The position numbers were made by a program, and so were the translations under genes. This document shows, in pieces, positions 39,349-49,494 of a stretch of DNA of 64,000 nt; the stretch's first letter is position 1; every line of letters starts with the position of its first letter. The stretch covers positions 64,001-128,000 of the forward strand of contig CAWJKT010000006.1 of NCBI GenBank assembly GCA_963843375.1, in the 5' to 3' direction. The DNA is from an uncultured Pseudomonadota bacterium. Its GTDB lineage: Bacteria > Oederibacteriota > Muellerivitia > Muellerivitales > Muellerivitaceae. The notes beneath the pieces were generated by a model. The model did no database searches. It was not told where the DNA came from and saw only the letters and a program-made list of their open reading frames with translations.

Positions 39349-40395
39349 TTAAGAAGCGTGAATGGAATTGCGATGGCTCATATCGCCCATAATGCTATAG
39401 GGGGTCACTTTATCCGTCTTACCCTTCAACTGAACTGGCATGCGGGATTCGATGTGAAATTGGTCGGAGACCATCATGGCCAATTCCTCATTGACCAGAA
39501 TTTCCCATTCGGGAGCGATACTGCACAACCGGGAGGCCAAGTTGACGGCGTCTCCAATAAGGGTGAATTCCATGCGGTTGCGGGAACCCAGATTGCCCAT
39601 GAGGGCTTCTCCCGCCACAATACCAATGCCCAACCCGATCGAAATGGATTTGGAGTTTAATTCGCTGCTAGCCTTTGCGGCTTGTCCGAACTTGGCTTGC
39701 ATATCGATCGCCGCGCGAATGACTTTTTGGGCGTCGGCTTTCTCGTTTTCCACCGACCGCCTGAAGTAGGCCAGTATGGCGTCACCGATGAACTTGTTGA
39801 TCTCACCCCCCTGAACCTCTATAGCTATGCCGAGGGAAGTGTAAATTTGGTTTAAAACCCGCATGGTTTCCTGGGGTGTCAGTTGCTCCGACATCTGGGT
39901 GAAACCCCTGATATCGGAAAAAAGGATGAACATTTTCTGCAATTGCCCGCCCAAGGCAACGTTGCTTCCTTTTGCCTGCCGGGAAGCCTCCGAGCCCAGG
40001 TATTTCTCCAAAGTATGGCGGCTTGAGATGATTTCCTTTTCCTTACTTAACACCGTCTCCATGGCCGCCTTAACAGCGGCATCAATACGAGGCTTGATTT
40101 TCAAAGGCGAGGCGTCGTCCCAATAGGCATAATCCTTTGGAAGCAGGTTCAATTTGGCCAAGGTCAATTGATAGTTGCACATCCATGTGACGGAAGTCTG
40201 CCATTGGAGCAAAAACCACCAAACGCCCAAAATCAGCGCGAAAGCCCAACCTGTGTAAAGGGCCAGATCCACGCGCTGGGTATAAATCCAGACCATCCAA
40301 CCCGATCCAGCGGATAAAACAATCATGGCGAAGAAAAAAACAAAATTAATGGAATCGGTCTCGGCCCGTTTTTTTACAGAAAAATGAGTCGCCAT
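39349..40395 (-). CDS. Membrane-anchored class III adenylate cyclase
   Basis: Two TM helices; FSDIRGFT, KFIGDAI, EFTLIGDAVNLASRL (Lys/Thr ATP-specifying residues). Confidence 0.9.
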   Translation of the reverse strand: MATHFSVKKRAETDSINFVFFFAMIVLSAGSGWMVWIYTQRVDLALYTGWAFALILGVWWFLLQWQTSVTWMCNYQLTLAKLNLLPKDYAYWDDASPLKIKPRIDAAVKAAMETVLSKEKEIISSRHTLEKYLGSEASRQAKGSNVALGGQLQKMFILFSDIRGFTQMSEQLTPQETMRVLNQIYTSLGIAIEVQGGEINKFIGDAILAYFRRSVENEKADAQKVIRAAIDMQAKFGQAAKASSELNSKSISIGLGIGIVAGEALMGNLGSRNRMEFTLIGDAVNLASRLCSIAPEWEILVNEELAMMVSDQFHIESRMPVQLKGKTDKVTPYSIMGDMSHRNSIHAS

Positions 40396-40441
40396 AACGC
40401 GCCTTTATCGTAATGAGTTGCTTTTTCAACAAGGTTAGGGA

Positions 40442-41590
40442 TTAACTGCCCCCGGAATGGTAGACACTTTTGACAGCCTGAAGCATTTTTTTATAGATTT
40501 CCGTCAAGGTGTCCGCCGTGCTGCGGGCTTGTTGAAAATTGGGATTGACCTCAATGGCCTTGTTCATCTCTTTCAACGAGCGATGGATGAGAAAATTGGA
40601 TTTCATGAGAGTCCCCATACCATAATGAAGACGCAGATCAACATATTGGGGATTGGTTTCCACCAGTTGTTCCAGCTGGCGGACATATTCCTCGGTTTCT
40701 TGAGCGCTGACTCCTCTATCCCCGTAGAGAAGTTTCAAGGTGTAAAAATAAACAACTTCCGAACCAGTCTTCGGGATATATTTGGGCCTGGCTTCCAAAT
40801 AGTTTTTGAAGGCGATGGGGTATTTCCCCGATTTCAGGTTTGCCGTACCGGTCAGTAACGAGCCGCTCATGATCTTGGAATTGCAATCCAAGGCCAACTG
40901 GGTTTCCCGCTGGGCTTCTTCAACGTATCCTTGGACCGCCGCCTCTACCAAGCTGCTATTTTCCCCGGCAATCACGGCGACCGCGCAGGTGGCCAGTTTT
41001 AAATGGGCATCGGCGTAATTGGGATTGATCTTGACCGCCTGCTCATACTGTTTTTTCGCTTTTTCAAACTGCCTTTGGTACAAATAAACGTTACCCAGGT
41101 AATAGTAAATATCCGCATAAACCGAACCCAGCTCCAGGATGTGACTGAAAACATGAATCGCATTATCATAGTCGCCTTTGAGGGTGAGGGTGATGCCATA
41201 ATGCTTGATGGCTTGGATATGCCCCGGATCCAAATCCACGGATTTCTGGAACTGCTGGAGAGCGTCGTCGTAAAATCCCCGGGTCAGTAGAATGACCCCC
41301 ATGGCGAAACACATATGGGAAGATGGCTTCTCCAGAATTTTCTGGGCCGTCGTGAAAATGAATTCCATTTCAGAGATAAGGACTTGATGGGTCTGGGAAA
41401 GGAGTTTTTCCGCATCACCCTGGGAACCCGAAACCAGTTCCTTGGTGATGGTTTTTTTCCTCTCAAAAACCAGCACACCGTCCCTTTGGACGGTTGAAAT
41501 GAGTTGCTTTTGCGACTCGTTGATGGAACTCTCAAAAGCGAGCTTTTTACGGTCCATTTCAACGAGGGTCCTCAAATTTTGAGACGCCAT
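40442..41590 (-). CDS. Cytoplasmic TPR-repeat protein
   Basis: YADIYYYLGNVY, AVKINPNYADAH, AIEVNPNFQQA; no signal peptide. Confidence 0.85.
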   Translation of the reverse strand: MASQNLRTLVEMDRKKLAFESSINESQKQLISTVQRDGVLVFERKKTITKELVSGSQGDAEKLLSQTHQVLISEMEFIFTTAQKILEKPSSHMCFAMGVILLTRGFYDDALQQFQKSVDLDPGHIQAIKHYGITLTLKGDYDNAIHVFSHILELGSVYADIYYYLGNVYLYQRQFEKAKKQYEQAVKINPNYADAHLKLATCAVAVIAGENSSLVEAAVQGYVEEAQRETQLALDCNSKIMSGSLLTGTANLKSGKYPIAFKNYLEARPKYIPKTGSEVVYFYTLKLLYGDRGVSAQETEEYVRQLEQLVETNPQYVDLRLHYGMGTLMKSNFLIHRSLKEMNKAIEVNPNFQQARSTADTLTEIYKKMLQAVKSVYHSGGS

Positions 41591-41930
41591 CTAAAAAGCC
41601 TTCCGGTTTCATATCTTCAAAACATAGAATCAACGAGTTGGGGTGCCTATAAGATGCATGAATAAGCCATAATAATCCAGGGTCTTTCAGGTTAAAGCAA
41701 CTTAATTTATCCCAAGGCTCCAAAAAAGGGATTTCGGGAAAGCTGGAGAAGAAGTAAAAAATGAGGAAGGTTTAACATTTACCGAACATGTTAAAAGGTT
41801 TATTTCCAAGCGATTAGATTTCATTTTCTGACTTTGGGGCATTTCCCATTCACAGAAATAAAGTATGTCTCAACCTGAGAACAAACCGTCCCTTTTTGAC
41901 GTCTAATTCTCATATTAAATTGGAGAACGG

Positions 41931-42785
41931 ATGAATTTTTCTAAGATATTCTTTTTTCTGGCGGTCGCCGGGTGTTGTACCCCGCTTTGGGCGGTGCCCG
42001 CAACGGTCGAAAACCTGGATTATAAAATCACACTTTCGGAAACTCTTCCGGGCATCGATGACCAAGTCGTGCCGCAAATGGGTCCTACGATCACCGTTAC
42101 CATCCAGGATAAATTTCGTTCAACGGGTATGGTTTATCCATTAAACGTTTATGCCATCAACGATTATGCCTTGTCGGGGGACTTTTTAAATCTTCTTTGC
42201 CGGGTCACACCCAAAATTTCCGATGGGGGCCCCCGTTACACCTTCATCCAATTGAACCTCTCTTCACCTTCCGATTCCAAGCAATTTCAACCTTTGAAAA
42301 CATTTTCCTTTTCTCCAGGCAACCAATATCTCTTGGCCGTTTTTGACGGGATAGACCAGGCCGATTCCATCGGTCTAATCCAGCTTGATGGATCCGCCAA
42401 GATGGGCTGGCTTTATTCCAATAAATTCACGATTAATCTTTTTCAAAAAGCCCAGCCCGCCATGGCCCGGGGGATTGTCCTGAACAATCCCATCGGGTGG
42501 TCGGGGGATTCCTCAACCGCCATTTTTGTCGCCTCCGCGAGCGATGGCACCCAGGACGCTCAAGGCAAAACGGTTCAAAAGGACTATTTGACCCGCTTGG
42601 AGTTGAACGGGGATGATTTCAACCTGGCAGCCGAACCCATCGATTTGTCTTCTTACCATTACCGCGACGGTTCGATCATTTCGGACATTAAGTGTTCTCC
42701 GGACAAGGCCACCCTTTCTTTCAGCCAATCCAACTCATCGGACATCCTTCAGGCCGATTTTCCGCTTCCCGCACTCCCCCATTAA
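41931..42785 (+). CDS. Hypothetical exported protein
   Basis: 284-aa ORF, RBS GGAG, signal peptide or possible lipobox (VAGC). Confidence 0.6.
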   Translation: MNFSKIFFFLAVAGCCTPLWAVPATVENLDYKITLSETLPGIDDQVVPQMGPTITVTIQDKFRSTGMVYPLNVYAINDYALSGDFLNLLCRVTPKISDGGPRYTFIQLNLSSPSDSKQFQPLKTFSFSPGNQYLLAVFDGIDQADSIGLIQLDGSAKMGWLYSNKFTINLFQKAQPAMARGIVLNNPIGWSGDSSTAIFVASASDGTQDAQGKTVQKDYLTRLELNGDDFNLAAEPIDLSSYHYRDGSIISDIKCSPDKATLSFSQSNSSDILQADFPLPALPH

Positions 42786-42849
42786 GTTTTAACAATTCTT
42801 TTGCATTGGCCCGAAGGGTCATTGGCTTAGGTTGTTGTACAATAGATCC

Positions 42850-44144
42850 GTGGATTCCTTCACTTTCAACACCGATGGCACTCCGATCCCGCCCCATCCC
42901 CGCCCCTCGTGGGTGAAGGATCATATCCGCCGATTCAACCGCGGCCTAGAACCCCGCACCCGGGAAATGAAATTTTCCCTCATGGTCCAGTCCCCCTGGG
43001 CTTTCTTCCGCGCACGAACCATCTTTTTTGGGCGGACTTCGGGAAAAGTGATTGGTCCGAAGCTTTTGGCGGGGACAAGGCCACCCGCACATGGATCAAC
43101 GGCGACCTTCAATGGGACAATTTCGGGAGTTTCACCGACGCCACCGGCAGGTTGGTTTACGACCTTAACAGCTTCGACCAATCCATCGTGGCGGATTACC
43201 AGTTCGACCTATGGCGTTTGGGCGTGAGCCTGGTACTTTTAAGTCGGAAAAATAAAAAAAATCCCAAGGCCATCCGCAGAATGTTGGTGGAATGCGCCCG
43301 GGGTTATTGGCGGGAAATCAAAAGCTGTCGCTGGTATAAATCCCTTAGCCAAGCCCCCTGGGACGAAGAACAATCCGCCCAATCCCTGCGCCATTATTTG
43401 ATTCATGTCCGCAAACATTATGGCTTTCCCAATTTGCTGGAGAACTGGACCAAACCCGGGAAGGGCGGACTGGCTTTTAAAACCAAAGGGAATCCCGACT
43501 TGGAAATTGTCTCCAAAGAAGCCACCCGAAAATTGGAAAAAACCTTGAAGGATTATGCCCTGCGCCTCAAACCCTGGCCGGTGGAGAAACCACGGGTTTT
43601 CGAAATCGAATGCCTTGCCCAGCGATTGAACTCCGAACCCGGTTCGGAGGGACAGAAACATTATTACGCATTGGTACGAGTGCGAGAAGAGGCTCAGAAC
43701 CCTTATCGGATATTACAAATCAAGCAACAGGTGGAACCCGGTGCCTGGAATTATTTGTCCCGGAAGTCCCTGCGAAAAACCCGCAGGCTTTGCGGGAATA
43801 ACCATGCCCTCCGGGTGGAACTAGCCTGCCAATCCTTAAGCCGTCAACCCGATCCCTGGCTGGGACGATTGGAATGGAAGGGGGATGATTATACCGTCGG
43901 CGAATTGTCGCCTTACACCGGGGTCCTGCCCCACGACATGTTGGATGAAAACAGCGCCTACCAATTGGGAGGAATCCTGGCCCGGGCTCATTGCCGCACC
44001 AAGGGCGGTTTCGCCAAGAACGCGTTCGAATGCATCAAAAGGGATAAAAAGGAATTCCGGCGATTGATTGCCGACCTTTCTTTAGCATATGCCGACCAGG
44101 TTGAGGAAGACTACCGGAGCTTCTGTGAGGCCGAATTGGTATAA
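42850..44144 (+). CDS. DUF2252 family kinase-like protein; frameshift near 43011
   Basis: KFSLMVQSPWAFFR joins (G)TNHLFWADF; W.NGDLQWDNFG, DLWRLGVS, GGILARAH, AYADQVEEDY. Confidence 0.8.
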
Positions 44145-44167
44145 CTCCCCGAATCAATTCCAACAAA

Positions 44168-44713
44168 TCAAGGCGATGAAGACGCTTCCAGTTCCTCGAG
44201 CTTCGGTCCCACCAAATCGCCCAAATGACTTCCGGCATTAAACAAAACAAATCCAAAAACGATCAGCCCAAATGCCAAGGCCATAAAAGACCAGAGGTGC
44301 CGTGATTCAAAACGCTTAATAGACCTTGCGTAAGCTACCAATCCAATGAGGGCCGCCACCACGATGACCGCGTCCAAGCTCACTCTTTGCCAATAGCTGC
44401 CCCCCAGATGAAGCCACATCCCAAACTCATCAAAAGTCAGAGCCATGGCGAACCCGTAAAGAAGCGCGGTGATTTCCGCAGCGTGTCCGGTTGGCCTTCG
44501 AAACACGCTGTACCCTCCCACAGCGGAGAGAAGAAAAATTCCATAATTCAAGTGATGGACATGAGTGCCTCGAAGAAAGAAATACATATTTGGAATCTGG
44601 TGCGACATGATCAGGAAAACATCCACCCGTGCGATAAGAAAAGTCATCAGGAAAGCGAACAGGGCCCTCCGCGCCAAACGGTGGGTTGTTTCGGTGACGA
44701 ATAGATGATACAT
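44168..44713 (-). CDS. Conserved integral membrane protein
   Basis: Several TM helices; GTHVHHLNYGI, ALTFDEFGMWLHL, YW..SLDAV. Confidence 0.75.
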   Translation of the reverse strand: MYHLFVTETTHRLARRALFAFLMTFLIARVDVFLIMSHQIPNMYFFLRGTHVHHLNYGIFLLSAVGGYSVFRRPTGHAAEITALLYGFAMALTFDEFGMWLHLGGSYWQRVSLDAVIVVAALIGLVAYARSIKRFESRHLWSFMALAFGLIVFGFVLFNAGSHLGDLVGPKLEELEASSSP

Positions 44714-44762
44714 TCATGGATTTTTTTACCACTAAACGGTATCCCCGGTTTTCAAAGCCACC

Positions 44763-45055
44763 TTATGATTTCCGCGAAGCAACAAACGCTTTCACGGCGG
44801 ACAGAGCATTATCCAATGGAGGGATGCCAATAACCGTCACATACTCGATTTTCTTTTGTTCATTTTGAAAACCCCAACCGAAGGCTAATTTCGCCTGAGG
44901 ATGGTCCTTGAGCTGAACACCTCAACTTTTCCTTTCCATACCACCTGACCGTCGATCGCCAATCGGGCAGGCTGGGTCTGAAAATGAACCGCGGTGCATT
45001 TGGCCCTATTTTCAATTGCGGTTAAAAGCGCTTCACGATATTCCTTGTAATCCAT
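44763..45055 (-). CDS. Small hypothetical protein (about 97 aa), frameshift near 44915; missed by the ORF track
   Basis: RBS AAGGA; adding one T gives MDYKEY...VVWKGKVEVFQLKDHPQAKLAFGW...YVTVIGIPPLDNALSAVKAFVASRKS. Confidence 0.6.
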
Positions 45056-45200
45056 AAATTGATGTTCCTTTGATTAAAATTCACTGTTCAGTTTTTTCAG
45101 GCAATTCTTCTAAATAAGGCCGCTTTTTAAAAACTGAAAGACCCAAAATTTTAAAAAATACAGTCTTTCCCCACACTTGAGGTTGGAAATCAAGTACCGC

Positions 45201-46418
45201 CTAGTATTTCGGCGCGATCGTTAAGGTGGCCATGGGGCTTTCACCGACCTTCGGAATTCACTGTGGTAATTCCAAAGATATAAGATTTTCCCGGCTTCAT
45301 TTTCTTGAGCGTAACGGTGGTTTCAAGCAAAAGACTTTTATTTGCCTTTCGAGAAACCCATCGGATTCTGTTTTCTTCACGTAAAAATTGTAACCTGCCA
45401 CCCTTTATCTTGAACATCATTCCAATGAAGGATAACCCATCCCCGTCCCCATTTCATAATCCAGTCCCCCTGGTGCGGGTAGAATAGGGGCTTCAGAGGG
45501 GCCAAACCGGTAACTCAGCGAAATTTGACTGCCATACCCCAGGTCGCCTAAGTGTGGTCAGGGCGTAATCCAATTCCGCTTGCTCCAATTTTACTCCCAC
45601 CCCCGCCGATAATCCGGCTAATCCCTGAAGGTTTCCATAACCAGCCAGGCGATATCCTGCCCGTAAAGCCACCGTCCCCCTATACCAATACTCGGTCGCC
45701 GATACCCGCGGTGGAGGCCGTGGAATCATTAAGGGTCAAATTTCCATCCAGACCCAACAATAACAAGTGACTCGCCGAGAGCCGGTTGACATAGGAGGCC
45801 GCCACATCCAAGGAAGAAGGAAGATTGGACCCTTCCAGGGTTCCACCCAGGTTCAATAGCGCCACACTGGCTCCCAACCCCGTCGGATAATTCTTGTATT
45901 TCAACCCCGCATCCAACGCCCAGTGGAGGAACTCATGCCGCTTACCAGGTTTTCCATGATGAATTTTCCATCCACTCCCAATTCCAATCCGCGAAACAAG
46001 GTCAGACCCACTCCCCCGTAAAGATCCAGTCCCATGGGGTTGAAGCTACCGTTGGCCACCGGATTCCCAGAAGAATTCAGGTTATAGAAATCCACTTGGC
46101 CAAAGTCAAAGTAATCCCCCCCCAGGGCCAGCCCCCAGTTTCCGAATCCATGGCCATAAGCCAAGTGTTCCACTGTCAGGTTTTGAGCCCAAATATTGTG
46201 AAGTAATTCAGCTTCATTTCCCGAAAGTTCCGCCAGACCCGCCGGGTTTACCCCAGGGCATCCACATCGTCCACCATGGCCCCCACAGCCCCGGACAGGG
46301 CGGCCTGCCGCGTGCTGGTAGGAATTTGAAGCCAGGAGGCAGCGATATCGTCGGCATGGGCCAACCCTGGGGCGAACCCCAACATGACAATCAGAATTTC
46401 CTTCTTCGTTATATTCAT
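45201..46418 (-). pseudogene. PorV/PorQ-family beta-barrel with C-terminal FN3 domain, broken by about 8 indels (decay or assembly error)
   Basis: Fragments read in order: signal peptide, LQIPTSTRQAALSGA..AMVDD..AL..NPAGLA, DAGLKY, EYWY....ALRAGY, GLSAGVG, LDYA...LGDLG..SQISLSYRFG, then VILHW, VAGYNFY, KPGKSYIFGITTVNSEG.ES. Confidence 0.75.
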
Positions 46419-46452
46419 TAATATTTCCCGCTTTTTATATCTGATCGTGTGA

Positions 46453-48683
46453 TTAAGGCGTAATGACAATCTTTTTCCAAATGGTTGCCTTCGTATTGTC
46501 GGCATAATCCAACTTCACCCGCACTAGATAAACCCCCGCAGCCGTTCCCGCCGTATTCCAACAATCGTTAAGGCCCGACGAAAAAGAGATACTGGCCTGT
46601 GACTCCCCTATAAAATTAAAAACATCCCATTGGCTGCTTTGGATCGGCCTGTCCGGATAAAGACATATAGTGCCGCCCTTGGGAACAGGAACAGGCGCTA
46701 AGATCGGCTGACCAAAAGAAGATAATATGGGGGTAGGGGTTGAGGTGGGGGTGGAAGTAGGGGTGAAAGTAAAGGTTGGGGTACAAGTGTTGCCAGGATA
46801 GCCGCAAGGTGTAAAAGTGAAAGTCGGCGTGGGTGAATTGGTAGGGGTAAAAGTAAACGTAGGGGTAAATGTGGGAGTGAGTGTGGGTGCCAAACCCACT
46901 AGGTCGTTGATAAGATTTTGCCCATTGGGACTTCCCCAGCCGGTAGCCAAGTCAAAACCGGAAACGGCCGGAAATTGGGTGACACTGCCGTTGTTACCCG
47001 TATCGATATCGTGGAAATCGTTGTTGTAATCAGGCCCTTTGCCAATCGTGTATAGATCCTGATTTGCAAATCCTATCGAACCCAATCCCATATTCGCAGC
47101 CTGTTGATTGACTAGCGCGGTAAACCCGGCCCAAAGGGGCGCCGAGGCGCTCGTCCCCCCATCATCATCTTTCCCTAAGCAATCGTAAACAAAGCAATCG
47201 GCTCCTACCATGGAAACATCCGGAACATTTCGGTAGGTTGGGGAAACGTAATTGGAACTTGTGTTGAGCCCGGCTTGATAGGGTGCGTAGCTCGAAAGGG
47301 AATCACCAGTGATGGTGCCGGATAATACCCCTCCCGTAGAAAAAAACTGAATCGCATTGGATGGTGAGGTTGACACTGGAACTTCGGAAGACCAGGCCAG
47401 AGGGCTTCCGCTCATGGTCAACTCAGTGGCCCCCACCAAGGTTTCATCAATTTCGTCGTCATTTCCCAAGCTGGTGTCCCCATAAGGGGGATCCGAAGTG
47501 AAGCCCCCATAAGTTACAAATTCATCATCAGCCACCTCTTCAATGTTCCCGTCACCCGCCGCGAGAAAATAAGACTGCCCCTGAGCGGCAAATTCACTCA
47601 GACAATTGTTATCCGTAGTACGATCGGGATCCCAACCCCAGGAACAACTGATCTGCTTACAGGTATCATCGGAAGCAATACGGGCCAATATGCTGTCTTG
47701 GTCGCTTCCCATATAAACGAATACTCTTTCAAGGCCTGGCGCCATGGACATGGATAACTCAATGTCCATGGCCACTTCGATTTCGGGAAAATTATCAGCT
47801 TCCGTGCAATCAATCGGACTTTGTGAATTGAGGGTGTTATCCGCATAAACATTGGAAACGGGGACATTGGGACTAATATTGGCTATGCTTTCATAATTAG
47901 TGATATCACTTGCCGTATAAACCGTGAACTCGACCACCGCCAAAGATTGCCCGGTCCCGGTGAGCGTTACCCCTGGTACGTAAGCGTTGCGATAGTCGCT
48001 GCCCATAAAAGTACCGTTACCCTCAATCGAAGGTCCCGATCCGCCCAGATGACTGACGGCCCTCACAGTTGAAGACTTCCGCAGACGAGGCCTGGGATGG
48101 AATTCGTTGTCGAGTCCGCTGATATGTTGAATTTGAACATCTGAATCCAAAGAAGGTTCCTGGTCCGGGGCATAGAAAACACTCCCGTCGGGCCGCCGAT
48201 AGTCGTTGATATGAACATAAAATGCTTTTTCGACGTCTTGAGTTGAACCGCTTACATCCAAAACCAACCGATTGTTAAAAGTGGCTGTAACTTTCAAATG
48301 ATGGGAAAGCGCGAAATCCTGAAGTGCCTGGTAATCCTGTTCGGAAGGACCGAACATTTCGACGAATTGCCCCGGGTTGAGGTAATGACGGTACGAAGGA
48401 CTACGAGGGTCGTAAAGTTGCTTTAAAAAATAATCGAGTTTTTGGGTGTTTCGAAGGGGCAAAGAAAGAGCCAACCGAATCGGGGAAACGCCATCATGAG
48501 GGCCTACCAGCGGAGCCGTTGGAATCGATTGGTTTCGATGCCCTTTAAGTTGTTGTTTGCCTGCGGCCCATATTCTTGCTTCGCTTCCCCCAAAAAGATT
48601 ACCATCGCAAAAAAGGCCGTCAGAATTGGATGAGAGACGCAATTTGTTTGTTTTTTCAATGTTTTTCCACGAAACCGACACAT
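46453..48683 (-). CDS. Sedolisin (peptidase S53) with pro-domain, Thr/Pro linker and T9SS-like C-terminal domain; signal peptide lies in another frame (indel near 48590)
   Basis: Pro-domain LYDPRSPSYRHYL; catalytic EVAMD, AAGDG, GGTSASAP; GFDLATGWGSP; tail APVP...AAGVYLVRV...KKIVI; PILTAFFAMVIFLG in the frame of ATG 48683. Confidence 0.9.
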
Positions 48684-48831
48684 GATTTCATTCCAATAAT
48701 TAAGATTATCACAGGATATCGGGCTTTAGACATTCCAAATATGGTTTCCTTAAATAAGCAAATCAAGGAATTTACATATTTTTAAAACGCATGATGAAGT
48801 TTTGAACGGCGGAACTCATTTTTAGCTCTTC

Positions 48832-49494
48832 CTACCCCCATCGATTGATATCCCTGCTCTCGATCCATTTTTCGGGGGAACCTTCTTTTGCAAGCCTGAT
48901 CATCGCCCGCCCCACTTTCCGGGTGGTTGTAACGGAATCAGGAAAAAGCCGTTTGAAAAAGGGAAAGAGCGGACCCATTATCGCCAAGGTTGCCCGAATC
49001 CATTTGTTCTTGGGTTTGATACCGTCCAATGGCTCTATGGCGCCCGGCCTGAACATATAAGCCGCTTTGAAGGGAAGACGAAGCAGGGCGTTTTCGGTTT
49101 CCCCTTTCACCCTGGCCCACATCACGCCCCCCTTTTCGGTGCTGTCGGTTCCCATTCCGGAGACGTAAATAAAGGTCATTGCGGGGTTCAACCTGGACAA
49201 AACATTCGCCGCCGCCAAGGTGAAATCGTAAGTCACGTGCCGGTAGGCCCGCTCATCCCTGCCTACCGAGGAAACACCCAGGCAAAAGAAACAGGCGTCA
49301 TAACCGCTCAATTGGCTTTCAATAGGAGAAAAATCCGAAAAATTTTCATGAATGATTTCACGCAACTTGGGGTGATTTTGTCCGGTAGTCCCCCGGCCAA
49401 TGACCAATACCTGAGTGACTTCGGGGTCCGCCAGGCATTCCCTGAGGACACCCTGCCCCACCATTCCTGTAGCTCCGAAAAGGATTGTCTTCAT
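48832..49494 (-). CDS. NAD(P)-binding Rossmann-fold oxidoreductase (epimerase/HTATIP2-like)
   Basis: FGATGMVG, CFFCLGVSS, YVSG.GTDS, WARVKGETEN, FRPG. Confidence 0.88.
   Translation of the reverse strand: MKTILFGATGMVGQGVLRECLADPEVTQVLVIGRGTTGQNHPKLREIIHENFSDFSPIESQLSGYDACFFCLGVSSVGRDERAYRHVTYDFTLAAANVLSRLNPAMTFIYVSGMGTDSTEKGGVMWARVKGETENALLRLPFKAAYMFRPGAIEPLDGIKPKNKWIRATLAIMGPLFPFFKRLFPDSVTTTRKVGRAMIRLAKEGSPEKWIESRDINRWG

Noticed and set aside
39349..41590. Pycsar/CBASS-like anti-phage cyclase system
   Set aside because: Cyclase has ordinary ATP-specifying residues and no cNMP-binding, TIR or nuclease effector is adjacent.
45181..45300. Apparent structured ncRNA in a seemingly intergenic gap
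   Set aside because: Explained as the frameshifted FN3 coding tail of the PorV-like gene.
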